A DNA stretch of 64,000 nt from Geosiphon pyriformis uo1 (GCA_016748015.1 JAAOMT010000094.1:281917-345916); one strand, 5' to 3'; shown: positions 22,201-34,681, counted from the stretch's first letter. Numbers and translations are program-made. Notes: generated by a model not told the origin, from the letters alone.

Positions 22201-25200
22201 CCTACCACTAATACTATCATGGAATGACAACCCTAAAAGAAAGCAAAAAGAAGAACTTATCTGGAAAACGGACGACCTAACCTAGACCAACAACAATGAA
22301 AAAGAACCAACACCAAGCTGGGAATGGGAAGAAAACAACAAAGGGAAAGGAAAGGCGAAAGAAGAAAAGCCACTGCCAACAAACCCGTATACTTTCTATC
22401 AATACACAACACCACAACAATACATCTATTGCCAACTCAAACTAGTGTGCATCAATTGTGGCAAAAAATTGTTGTTAATGGGCATATGCTGTGATAATGA
22501 TAAAGAATATCAGATGACAACCAAGCTCTATTGCCACGCATGTCTTATTGAATGTTTTGGAAGACCAAAACGAATGGGAAAATGGAATAATACACCATGT
22601 TTAGTCTGTAAAGAAACTCTTCTTGATGAAAGAATATGGAATGACATTCCTGAGAGAGGAGGAACGTGCAACATTTCCTGTCAATACACGATCCTCATTA
22701 GTGACTAGATTGAAAAAGGGACACCAATAGAAGCCATTTGGAGAAGAACTGTACAGTGATTGGACAGTTGTCCACACGATGATGATGAATTATGGCGAAT
22801 GACAATTGCCAACATTAAAGGTGCATCACTAGAAGAAATCAGAACAATTAAAAACAACCCACTAGAACCTATTGAGCTTGACTGGGATGCAGAGCCAGTT
22901 ATAAATTTTCTGGAACCAGAAGAGTTCCATAAACACTACCAAAACTTGGCACCCACTAGAAAAGAGCAAGAACAATGGCTAGCATAGTTGAATACCAGAC
23001 TGTGTTGCCATTGTTTAATTCTCAGTGACTTTGAATATTGTGACAATTGTGACTTCATTTACAATCTACCACCACGTATGATCTACATGATCCCCAAAGA
23101 TAAAGAACCAATCAGCAGCTGTGCATTGGAGTCAGAATTACTGTTCGATCCCAATTCAAACTCCAACAACAATGACGACGAGAATAACAATTCCAGCTCC
23201 ATTCAAAATAGCAATGACAATAACAACAATATCAACACAGATTCAAACTCCAACTCAAACTATGAACAATATATCGTGCTTTCTGATCTTACCAAGGAAC
23301 AAGAATTGAAATGGTTCAGTGATAATAATGAAGGTATTATGCCAGAATGTGCGCATGATACTGATGCCAGATTTGATTTGAGGTATCCAGGAAAAGATGC
23401 CATCAAATTGGAACCACATTTATGCATCTGCATTGATCTGAAAATAGTGCTGGAAATCCCAACAACAACAATGGTTCAACTAACATCCCAGAGTAGTTTA
23501 GCAAAAAAGAGATTAAAATAAGAGGAGGAATAATTGATGCAGAATATGTAGGAAATATCATTGCCATGCTACAAAATAACTCAGAAAAGGCCTATATAAT
23601 AGAGCCAAACAAAAAGATAGCACAGACAATATTCTTACCTTTGGTTAAGATAGCTCAGTTAGTACTAGTGGGAAACAGGGAAGAGTTAGGAATAACAGCA
23701 AAAGGGATACAGGGATTTGAGTCAACAGATAGAATAGATGTACCAGTTAATATGGCAGAGAAAAAAATTGTTGGCCAAGAAGAAATTATCTCAACCAGTC
23801 AAGCTATTTCCATTCCACCATATAGCCAGTACATGCTAGCAATAGAAAGGAAAAAAAAGGAACAAGAACAGATTTTTGAAGCTGAAGCAAATCTTTGTGA
23901 ATCAGGAAAGATTAGACTAATCAATCTCCACATACCAGCCAAAAGCTATAGCTGCATAAAAATTCCTATCTATAACAATACTGGCAATGTCATCAACATA
24001 CCAGAAGGAACTACTATCAGATATTTAACCACAGAAATAGAAGACCAACCACCAAACCCCATTCCAGACTTTCCACAACTTTGTGAATATGTTGACATCA
24101 CATCATAAACAATCTATGAATGAGATGAATGTTATTTGCTCCAATCAGAACAATTAGAACAAATGAACATGGGAAATCTAGACCCACTACAATGTATGCA
24201 GCTCAAAATGTTATTTAACAATTTTAATGACATCTTTGTCAGCGAAAATGAGTTTGGCCGAACTGATATTATCCAGCATCAGATCAAGACTGGAAATGCA
24301 ATGCTAATCAAACAGCAAGCATACAGAGTACCACCAACCAGCCATGAAATCATTTGTCAAGAGATTAACTGAATGCTTGACAATGGATTACTTCAGCCAT
24401 TAATGAGCCTATGGTTGTCACCAGTAGTACTTGTCCATAAGAAGAATGGAAAAATCCGATTTTGTGTGAACTACAGGAAACTCAATGGTGTAACTCATAG
24501 AGACAGCTATCCAATTCCACAGATACAAAAACTATTCGATGCTTTTGGTGGAAACAAATAGTTTTCAATGTTAGACTTAAATAATGGTTACTGACAAGTA
24601 GCCATGGATCTAACTAACAAAGAAAAAACAGCATTCACCACAAGAAAGAAAAATTTTGAATTTGAAGTCATGTCATTTAGCTTGATGAATGCTTCAGCCA
24701 CATTTCAACAGCTAATAGAAATAGTATATACCAGCTTATTATGGAAATCAGTAGTAGTTTATCTGGACAACACCAATGTGTTTTCAAAAACCTTTGATGA
24801 CCATTTATATCATCTCCAACAAGTGTTCAAAAGACTAAGATGAGCAGGATTAAAATTGAATGCAACAAAATGTTTCTTTGGCAAAACAGAACTCAAGTTC
24901 TTGGAGCATATAGTGAGCAAAGATGGCATTAAGATGGATCCAGATAAGATAGAGATAATAAAGAAATTTCCAGTACCAACCAACATGACCAAGTTAAAAT
25001 CATTCTTGGGATTTGCAAGCTACTATTGCCACTTTATCAAAGATTTTTCTAAGATAGCACAGCCATTCAATCAGCTCCAAACCAAGAATGTAAAATATGA
25101 ATGGACTAAAACCCAGCAAAAAGCTTTTGACATCTTAAAAAAAAGTTTATTTAAGCTCTGGTATTGATCTATCCAGATCATAGCAAATCATTCATTATTA

Positions 25201-27007
25201 TCACTGATGCATCAGGCCAAGCATTGGGAGCAGTATTATCTTAGAGAAGACCAGATAGAAAAGAACATCCAGTTACATATGTCAGCCGAGGTTTAATACC
25301 AGCCAAAAAGAACTATGGAACACCAGAATTAGAACATTTAGCAATTTATTGGGCAGTTATGAAATAAAAAAAATACTTAAGCCAAAAGTTTGAGATATAC
25401 ACAGACCACAAAGGATTGACATCACTTCAAAAACAAGAATTTGGAGACAGAAGACAGTCAAGATGGAAAATGACACTTTCGCCATATACTTATACCATAT
25501 ATTATAAAAAAAGAAAAGACAATGGAAATGCCAATGGTTTGTCATGAATGAGACAAATCTAAGAACATTTTGACCCAAAAATATAATAAAACTAGAACAA
25601 TACCAACAAAAAATAGAACAAAAGATGAACACACAAAAATACCAACAACTTTAACATTATATAAATACTTAACAGTTTAAGGAAAAATTATCTCAACTGA
25701 AACAAAAGAGGATCAAACAACAATCAAAATATTTTATCACTCATCAAAATAGACTTTATCGGAAGAACAGAAAAGATTCAGATCAATTAATCAAAGTAAT
25801 TACAGAACTGAAAAAAGAGACAATACTGTTTAACATGCACTCAGATCCAACTGCAGGACATTTTCATAAAGAAGCAACCATAGAAAGAACCAAAAAGAGA
25901 TACTATTGGCCATCAATGTATCCAAATATCATACAATATGTGCAAAATTGTAATACTTGTCAAAGAAAAGAAGGAACAAGACCTAGCAAACCATTAAGAC
26001 CAATTAAAGTGGGACAACCATTTGACTGCATTGGAATCGACTTAGTTGGATCATTGACAATTACCAGCAGAGACAACAGATATATTGCAGTAGCCATGGA
26101 CTATCTTACTAAATGGCCAGAAGCAAAAGCAATTCAAAAAGCGGATGCAGAATTCATTGCTGAATTTGTTCATTAAGAATTAATCTGCTGACATGGATGT
26201 CCAAAAGAATTATTGTTAGATCAAGGAACTCACTTTGTGAACAGAACACTAGTAGAACTAAGTCAAAGATTTGGAGTTAAGAGACTATTGTTATCACCAT
26301 ACCATCCACAAACCAATGGACTAGTTGAAAGATTCAATAGAATACTGTGTGAAGCAGTTGCCAAGATCAGTCAAAAAAACCAAAATGAATGGGATTTGTT
26401 TATACCATCAATACTATTTACTTATCAGACAATGAAGCAAGACACTACACAAACAACACCATTTGAATTAGTATACAGTAGAACAGCAACACTACCAGTT
26501 GAGATAGAAGTCAACACTTATCTAACAGAACCAATAATTGTAAACAATTTTCAGGAAATATTACTAAAAAAAACATCTGATTTGATGAAAACTCTAAAAA
26601 ACAAGCAATGAAGAGCAGCTGATAACATTAAAAAGGCACAAGAGAAACAAAAAAAGAGGCACGATAACCAACTACTAGACAAACCAGTTGAATTCAAGAT
26701 TGGAGACAAAGTACTTTTATATCATACTAAAGCGGAAAAACAATGGAATGGGAAATTTAACCCCAAATGGGACAGACCATTTCACATAGAAGAAATTCTA
26801 GGAAATAGAGCTTACAAATTAAGACTGGACAACAAAATTTTAGCCAAAGCAGCACATGGTAATCAACTGAAACCATATTACCAGATAGCATCAGCATTTA
26901 CCAATAACATTCCACAACTGAAAGTACAAAGAATACTAATCCAACCAGATAAGATTCTACAAGACCTAGAACCAATTATTATCATTAACAATAACACGTC
27001 CAATTGA
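19214..27007 (+). pseudogene. Element E gag-pol, originally a single ORF of roughly 2600 codons
   Basis: ORF pieces at 19214, 20339, 21221, 22049, 22445, 22760 and 22988 share one frame. Contains MAYTPIAKLEKFTG, CYNCDKQGHIRTNC, LILDSDS, dUTPase, YLDN, HSDPTAGH..CNTC and PYHPQTNGLVERFN. Confidence 0.93.
23340..23730 (+). pseudogene. dUTPase domain in E pol
   Basis: AHDTDARFDL, SQSSLAKK, GGIIDAEYVG, KKIAQ and AKGIQGFEST are motifs I-V; 1-nt frameshift near 23515. Confidence 0.92.
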
Positions 27008-27031
27008 TCGACAAAAAGAATATATAAGAAC

Positions 27032-27690
27032 ATGGTTGATGTGACAGAAAAAATCAGAAAAATGGAAATTATGAACAATATTCATTCACTAGCCCAACAA
27101 ATTTTTTAATTAATTCAACACCAGAAAATGAAAATTACAATCAATCAACAAACCATTCATTACAAAAATATGGCAAAGAGACCACAACACAAAGCACAGA
27201 AAAACTTAAAAATGTTGTTGACAAGATCATGACCAAGATAAAATTGGCCATAAAAGAACAACAAATAGTCGGATTACACTAAGAACTTATCAAAGAAACT
27301 TGGACTTGGTAGACACAACAATTTCTGAAAAACTATTGTTATTTTCACTTGGGACAACACATAAATATCCAGAATTTATACACTGACAAAACAAAATGGT
27401 TATTTAACACAATAATACTGAGACAACTGGAACAATTTGTGGGAAAGAACAATCTAAACACACAAGCTTGAGCCATTTACCAGCTATATATGAGATTTCA
27501 AAACCAACCAGAAATCTTACTTAACACAGCAATGGATACAGTTACGAGTAATCAATTAGGAAAAATAATCAATGCCCAATTTAAAGAACTACAAACTAAA
27601 ATAACACAAGTAATACTTGAAAAAAAAGTTCAAGAAATAATTCAAGAAGGGGAATTAAAGGAATTAAATTTTGATGAAACTCAATATTAA
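27032..27690 (+). pseudogene. Element E ORF3 (stops and one frameshift)
   Basis: MKITINQQTIHY, YCYFHLGQ, FVGKNNL...AIYQLYMRF and QLGKIINAQFKEL, between the pol end and the PPT. Confidence 0.78.
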
Positions 27691-27703
27691 AAGGAGAGAA
27701 TAA

Positions 27704-28566
27704 TGTTACTTATAGAATATAAGAAATATAGTATTATTAGTCAATAGATATTAGTCAATTAGATGTAGATGTAGTAAATATGAAATTCCAGGATTTCTCT
27801 TAGAGAAATTGCAGAATTCCAGGAATTTCAGAATTCTCCAACAAAAAATCGCAGAATTCCAGAATTCCAGGATTCCTCTTATCAGGAATCGCAAAATTCC
27901 AGGAATTCCAGGATTCCTGGCACAAAGAATAGAAGAATTGAGAAATCTCAATTATATATATATAGCAGTAGGATTAGAAGCTGAAAAGACAGATCTCTCA
28001 GTTTAGATTTAATCTAAGCAACTCTTCAAATCACAATCATCTAATAAATAACTATTTGTTATCTCAAAAACCATGTCTACTATTAACTATTTATGTTGAT
28101 AGTAATTGATACTTAACCACATGAGAACAATAGCTCTTAATCACGGCTATTGATGGGATACTAAATTTGCAAATCACCTTGGCTTATTGCTTTATATTTC
28201 ATTATTTTCTTTATTTTCTTTGATTTTGTTATTGTGCACTAACCGATTGATTAAAAGCACTGATTACTAACGTCAAAAATTGCCTGGTAAAAAACTCCTG
28301 TGAGTGGATAGGACACATACAGAAAATACGGATTACTTACCAGAGGATTGCCGGCCACCAAGCTGAGAAAAAAATTGACAGACTTGCGAGTTTGGGAAGC
28401 TATAAATAAAACAATTATTGAATCTCTGTTCATTATACAAAGGACTCATTTGGAAAACCTTCAGATACCAACTACTTAAAAATATTATCAACAACACAAG
28501 TAGCTTTTGAGCACCAAGTTACAAGTTTGTTATTTGACCTGAGACCCCAAATAATCAACTATAACA
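27704..28566 (+). repeat. Element E 3' LTR (863 bp)
   Basis: Direct repeat of 18289-19151; preceded by PPT AAAAGGAGAGAATAA. Confidence 0.95.
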
Positions 28567-28570
28567 CCAG

Positions 28571-29300
28571 AAATTGTTCATCATTACTTTGCTGTGAAAG
28601 TCAATTCTTCTGCAGGAATCTTGTCTGTAGGCTACCCTAACAATTATAATAAGAAAAAAAAATAAAAATAAAAAAAATGTAAAAGAAATAGAATTTTGTT
28701 AAGAGAAACGTTTTCTATCCAGGCCTAGAATTACTAACAGTTTATTGAAATTGGTAGCTAATCAATTTCAAAACGTTAGTTGTGTTGAGGGAATTTCAAG
28801 TATAATAATTTAAGGATTTGGTTTTCGAATATTTAATTTTTATTTGATTTTGTAAAAGATAATTTGTTTCAATTAAGATATCTAAAGTAAGATACTATAA
28901 TAAGATATAGAAAGGATATATTTTCTTGAAGAGAGAAGCTCTTCTTTTATACAACTTGTTATAATACTAGTCTTTGAACTTGCACTTTTCTCTTTGCTCC
29001 AATTTTGGTAAACTAAAGATACATTTTGGTGAACTACAAGTTATTTCTACAAATTATTAATTATTTCGGCCAATTTTCCATTAATTTCGGCGAATTTTGA
29101 CTATATTAAATAGTTTAGAGTATTGTGTAATTTGATCATTTTAATTTCTATAATACAAATTGGGTTATTGATTGAGTAATAATATTTGATAATTTGGTTA
29201 ATTAATAAATGATAATCGAAATGATAATATATGCTACTTAATAATAATAATTATAAAAATAATTTCATGCTAATTAATAGCTAAGATTCCACTAGTAACA
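28571..29300 (-). repeat. Element C 5' LTR, remainder
   Basis: Matches ~9457-10210 with a small deletion; ends GTAACA followed by TSD CTGT. Confidence 0.92.
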
Positions 29301-29304
29301 CTGT

Positions 29305-30070
29305 TAATTTTTTTCTCAGCTTAGTGGCTGGCAATTCTCTAGTAAGCAATTCATAATTTTTATGTATTTTACCCACTCACAGGGGTCTTTTACCAGGCAA
29401 TCTTTGATATTAATAACTCAGTACTTAATCCTTAGAAGTTTAGTAAACCATCAACAAGATATAACAAAAATAAAAGAAGATAAATAAAGACAATTAAGCC
29501 AAGGCAATACAAGTTAGTATTCTGTCAATAGCTGTAATTAAGAGCTATTGTTCCTGTATAGTTTAAGTATCAATTCTTATCAACATTTAGAGTTGATAGT
29601 GAGCAGTTAAATTTGAGATGTTGAATAAATATATTTATTTGATATTTGGAATGATATGGTTTCTAATTAAAAAACAATAACTAATAAATTTCTGTCTGAA
29701 GATTCTCCTTTTTTGTCTTTAATGTTATTGCTATATATACATATTTTCTAGTTTTACAGAATTGCTTTGGATTGTCTGTTTTTGCTAGTTATTGCTTTGT
29801 TTTCTTATATTATAACTAATTATCCTATGTTATAACATGTTATCTGATATTATTACACATTATTTTGTGTTATCCTGTATTATAACACGTTATTCTATGT
29901 TATAACATGTTATTCTGTGTTATCCTGCATTATAATATGTTATTCTATATTATAATATATTATCCAATATTATTGTGTATTATTCTGTGTCCCTTCACAT
30001 TTCATCATGTTTTTTTTTCAGGTCATGTTTTTCATTCTTTTTTTGATAAGCTTTCTTTTTTCAAGTAATA
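29305..30070 (-). repeat. Element B 3' LTR, remainder, with 10-bp array ~29820-29990
   Basis: Matches ~60049-60805; PPT adjoins at 30071-30087. Confidence 0.9.
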
Positions 30071-30085
30071 TTATTTCCTCCTTTT

Positions 30086-30890
30086 TTAATATTGAGCTTC
30101 TGCAAAATTAGTTATGTTTGTTAATAGAACTTTGTTCATGTAATGTTTGATGGTTATGTTAATTATGGCTTTTTGTAGATCTTTAAACTGTTAATTGATC
30201 ATTCGTTCTATGTTGTTGACTGTTACTTTTTTCAAAAATTCATTCAATAGTACATTTGAACAATGTCAGAAAGTAACATATAATCAACATGCTACTTTGT
30301 AGTATAGTGTCAGATTGCTTCTTCCTATGAATTCTTCTACTTGTTACATTGCTTCTTTGTTAAAGGTTTTCTGGTTGTAGTTTCTGTATGGGTTTTTTAA
30401 GTCTAGTTGTTTTTCAATTTTGTAAAACCAATATGTTAGAAGAAATCTTTTTTTCCATTCCTGGACATTTTCTGGTGTCTACTCCCCTGTTTTAGGAAGT
30501 TTGGTTTTATGAGCTAAAGATTCTTTAATTTTTTCTAGCTCGAAGGCCAAATATGTTGTATATAATTGTTTTTGTCTTCTATCTAATTTTTCTACTCCTT
30601 TTTCTTTCTCTTCTTCTTTTTCTCCACATTTTACCCAAGAAGTATATTTAATTTCTTTTTGTAAAATTTCTTTTTCAGGCAGAATGTAGGGATGAAAATG
30701 GTTAGTTCTAGTTGAACTTTTATCATCTTTCTCTTCTCTTTATCTCTATATCTTATTTTTTTTTATCAATTATAATCTCTATTTGAAATATAAATTTTTG
30801 AATTTTATTAAATAATTGTTTAGATAATTTTAAAATTTTGTCTAAAAGATCTATGTTTAAAATTTCTATTGTTTTCTTCTTTGTGGTTTC
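30086..30890 (-). pseudogene. Element B ORF3 (F-type), boundaries approximate
   Basis: NIDLLDKILKLSKQLF..IEIIIDKK and YWFYKIEKQLDLKNPY closely match F ORF3. Confidence 0.75.
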
Positions 30891-30934
30891 AAGGCTTATA
30901 TGTATGTAATATCTAAATTTCAGCACATGTGTAA

Positions 30935-32867
30935 CTATTTTTTGATAATTATGATTGGTTCTATATCTCATAGTATATCTTTTGGTCTGATTAATGGAAT
31001 TTGTGCTCCTAGTTATGGTATTACTAATGTTAATCTTTGTGTTGTTTGATAAATTTTTAAATAATTTTATGTGCTGTCTTTTTTAGGATTCTGTTTTCTA
31101 ATTGTAACTTATAAAATCTGTTTTCTAAAATTTTGTGTATGTGAAATGATCTGTCCCATTTTGGATCAAATTTTCTATTCCACTGTTTTTCCACTTTGGT
31201 ACAATGTAACAGTACTTTGTCTCCAATCCTAAATTCAACTGGTTTATCTGGTAGTTGGTTATTGTGTCTTTTTTTTTGTTTTTCTTGTAACTTTTGGATG
31301 TTATCAGCTGCTCTTTACCATTTGTTTTCTAGCATTTCTATTAAGTCATATGTTTTTTTTAACAATGTTTTTTGGAAATTGTCTTCTGTTATTGGTTTTA
31401 CTGGATATGTATTGACCTTTATCTCAACTAATAATGTTGCTGTTTTATTATATACTAATTCAAATAGTGTTGCTTATGTAGTATCTTGCTTCATTGTCTG
31501 ATAAGTAAATAATACTAATGGTATGAATAAATCTCATTTATTCTGGTTTTCTTGGCTGATTTTGGCTATTGCTTTACACAATATTCTATTATATTTTTTG
31601 ACTAATTCATTGGTTTATGGATGATATGGTAATGATAATGGTTTTTTCTTCCAAATCTTTGATTCAGTTCTGTTAATGTTCTATTCATAAAATGAGTTTC
31701 TTGGTCAAATAATAATTCTTTTGAACATCTGTGTTGACAAATCAGATTTTAATGGACAAATTTGGCAATGAATTTTGCATCTGCTCTTTAAATTGCTTTT
31801 GCTTCTGGCCATTTAATGAGATAATCCATGGCTACTGTGATATATCTGTTCTCTCTGCTAGTTATTGTTAATAGTCCGACTAAGTCAATTCCAATATACT
31901 CAAATGGTTGTTCTACTTTGATTAATCTTAATGGCTTGCTGGGTCTTGTTCCTCCTCTTTTCTAATAAGCATCACAATTTTGAATGTATTAGATGATGTC
32001 TAGATACATAGATGGCCAATAGTATCTATTTTTGGTTCTTTCTATGATTGCTTCTTTGTGAAAATATCTTGCTGTTGGATTGGAGTACATGTTGAATAAT
32101 ATTGTTTCTTTCTCTGGTTCTGTGATTACTCTAGTTGGTTGATCTGAATTCTTTCTGTTTTTCTGATAAAGTATATTTTGGTAAGTAATAAAATATTTGA
32201 ACTGTTGTTTGATATAGTTTTGTTTTTTTTGAGATAATTTCTCCTTGAACTATTGAATATTTATAAAATATTGAAGTTGTTAATATTTTTGTGTATTTAT
32301 CTTTTGTTATATTTTTGGGTTGAAGTATTCTTAGATTTGTTTCATTTATAATAAACTGTTGGCATTTCTGTTTTTTTTTTCTTTTTTTGTAGTGTATGGT
32401 ATATTTAAATAGTGAAAGTTCTATTTTTCATTAAGCATAGTGATTATCTCCAAATTTTTACTTCTAAATTGAAGTCAATTCTTTATGATCAGTGTATATG
32501 TCGAATTTTTGGCTTAAGTATTTTTTCTATTTTATAACTGCTCAATAAATAGCTAAGTGTTCTAATGCTAGTGTTCCATAGTTCTTTTCTGCTGGATTTA
32601 AACTTTGGCTGGCATATGCTATTGAATGTTCTCTTTTATTTGATTCTTTCTGCAATAATACTGCTCCCAATACTTGACCTGATGCATTAGTAGTAATAAT
32701 GAATAACTTACTGTGATCTAAGTAAATCAGTACTGGAGCTTTGAATAAGCTTTCTTCTTAATATGTCAAAAGCTTCTTGCTGGTTTTTTGTCCATTTATA
32801 CTTGGTGTTCTTTGCTTAAAGCTGGTATAATGATTGAGCCAGTTTAGCAAAGTCTTTAATAAAGTGG
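30935..32867 (-). pseudogene. Element B pol 3' part (RNase H, integrase)
   Basis: Colinear with E 25030-27000 (TNASGQVLGAVL, SNPTARYFHKEA, GIDLVG). Confidence 0.88.
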
Positions 32868-33838
32868 TGTTACCAAAGGTTTTTGGTCTCTTTTCTTGAA
32901 TGTTGTTAATGTTGATCTGCTATAAATTCATGTTTTTAGGAAGTAGTTGAATCTCCAATAACTGTATTTATCTTCAAATTATCTTCTATAATTTAAACTG
33001 CTGGGCTTATAAGTAGAATGGCCAATTCTATGCCAGTTGCTTTGTATAATTATGTTGTAGTAAACGTCAACTCTTTTCCAAGAATTGCTTGTTTAGAAGC
33101 TTACTAAAAATGTATAGTTACTTTGCTGTGAAAGTCAACTTTTCTACAGAAATCTTGTTTGTAGGCTACCCTAATAATTGTAATAAGAAAAGAAAAGAAA
33201 AATAAAAAAAATGTAAAAAAAATAGAATTTTATCAAGAAAAACGTTTTCTGTTCAGGCCTGGAGTCACTAACAGATTATTGAAATTGGTAGTTAATCAAT
33301 TTCAAAACGTTAGTTGTGTTGAGGGAATTTTAAGTACAATAATCAAAGAATTTGGTTTTTGAATATTTAATTTTTATTTAAATGTATAAAAAATGATTTG
33401 TTCTAATTAAGATATCTGAAGTGAGATACTATGTTAAGATTCTATGAGAAAATACATTTTCTTGAAGAAAAAAGCTTTTCTTTTATACAACTTGTTGTAG
33501 TACTAGTCTTTAAACTTGCACTTTTCTCTTTGCTACAATTTGGGTAAACTAAAGATACATTTCGGTCAATTACAAGTTATTTCACTGAACTATTAATTAT
33601 TTCAGCCAATTTTCATTAATTTTGGCGAATTTTGATTATGTTAAATGGTTTAGGGTATTGTGTAATTTAATCATCTTAATTTCTAAAGTACAAATCGGAT
33701 TATTGATTGAGTAATAATATTTGATAATTTGATTAAATAATAAGTGATAATCAAAATAATAATAATGTATGCTAATTAATAATAGGAATTATAAAGATAA
33801 TTTCATGCTGATTAATAGCTAAAATTCTATTGGTAATA
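32868..33838 (-). repeat. Element D 3' LTR (971 bp)
   Basis: Direct repeat of 51901-52871; PPT 33839-33850. Confidence 0.93.
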
Positions 33839-34526
33839 TAATTTTCTCCTCAAGACTGAGCTTCATTGAAGTCTAAGCACTATCTGTAATATTAAAATGG
33901 TGGTCCAAGATAATTGAAATGATCTGGTCTGAAAACTGTTAAAATTTCAGTTCTGTGAGCTTTCCAATATATTGAATCTTCATTGGATGGAGTATTGAAT
34001 TTTGTAGGACATTTTTACAAGTATTGAATAAATTATAGAGTTTAAATGCTGCTTTAAGTTTATAGCAAGTGTTTGTTGGTCCAGCTGCTGTCTTGAATTC
34101 ATTGTGAATTTGTTTTTGTATAGCCTTAGAAGTGATATTGGTTGCTTCAAGTTCCAGTTTTTGTTCATAAAGTGTTTTTCCAATATGAAAATATCTATAT
34201 ATATAAGTATATTTATTGTTCTGTTCATTAAAAAATAATAGAAGTTTTTGTTAAATTGTGGCATTTGATGAAATGTTAATAGGAGCAATTAAAAGATTTT
34301 CTTTCAGTGCTTGCTTTAAAAGTTCTGGTAACTTATTTTCAGAATAACTTCTTGTTTTTCTTTTATAGAGGTGATAGTTCTGAGAATTATTAACTACTAA
34401 AGCTGTGATTTCTTTTTGAATGTAATTAATTTGACTTTTATTAATCGTTATTGATAAGTCAAGAAGTGTTTTCAAAGCTAACATTAATTTTTGGGATATT
34501 TGTTGGATATTTCGGGGAATAATCAT
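33819..34526 (-). pseudogene. Element D ORF3 (236 codons, three internal stops)
   Basis: MIIPRNIQQISQKLM..LSITINKSQINY..YRYFHIGK..KAAFKLYNLF..YIGKLTELKF, all in one frame. Confidence 0.82.
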
Positions 34527-34681
34527 AATAAAATGACTAACTAATAAAGAAAAAAATAAAGAAAATTATTTTTGAGTATAAGGTTTTATTTGTTTTTGGG
34601 TTTGAATGTTTCTTGTAATTATTTACTATTTTTGTTTTATGTTTTTGTGTATTTTTAAAGAGGTTATTATAAAATGTTAAA

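Larger units (their letters stand above)
18289..28566 (+). mobile_element. Element E: uninterrupted dUTPase-bearing Ty3/Gypsy (10.28 kb), inserted in the C 5' LTR
   Basis: LTRs 18289-19151 and 27704-28566 (both 863 bp); TSD TCAG/CCAG; PBS 19154-19171; PPT 27689-27703. Confidence 0.96.
9242..29300 (-). mobile_element. Element C: dUTPase-bearing Ty3/Gypsy (~9.8 kb without E), inserted in the B 3' LTR
   Basis: TSD CTGT at 9238-9241 and 29301-29304; LTRs 9242-10210 and 18074-18288 + 28571-29300. Confidence 0.95.

Noticed and set aside
26600-27007. Chromodomain at the integrase C-terminus
   Set aside because: Only the GPF/Y-type module and a short EPIII tail are present; no chromodomain aromatic-cage pattern.
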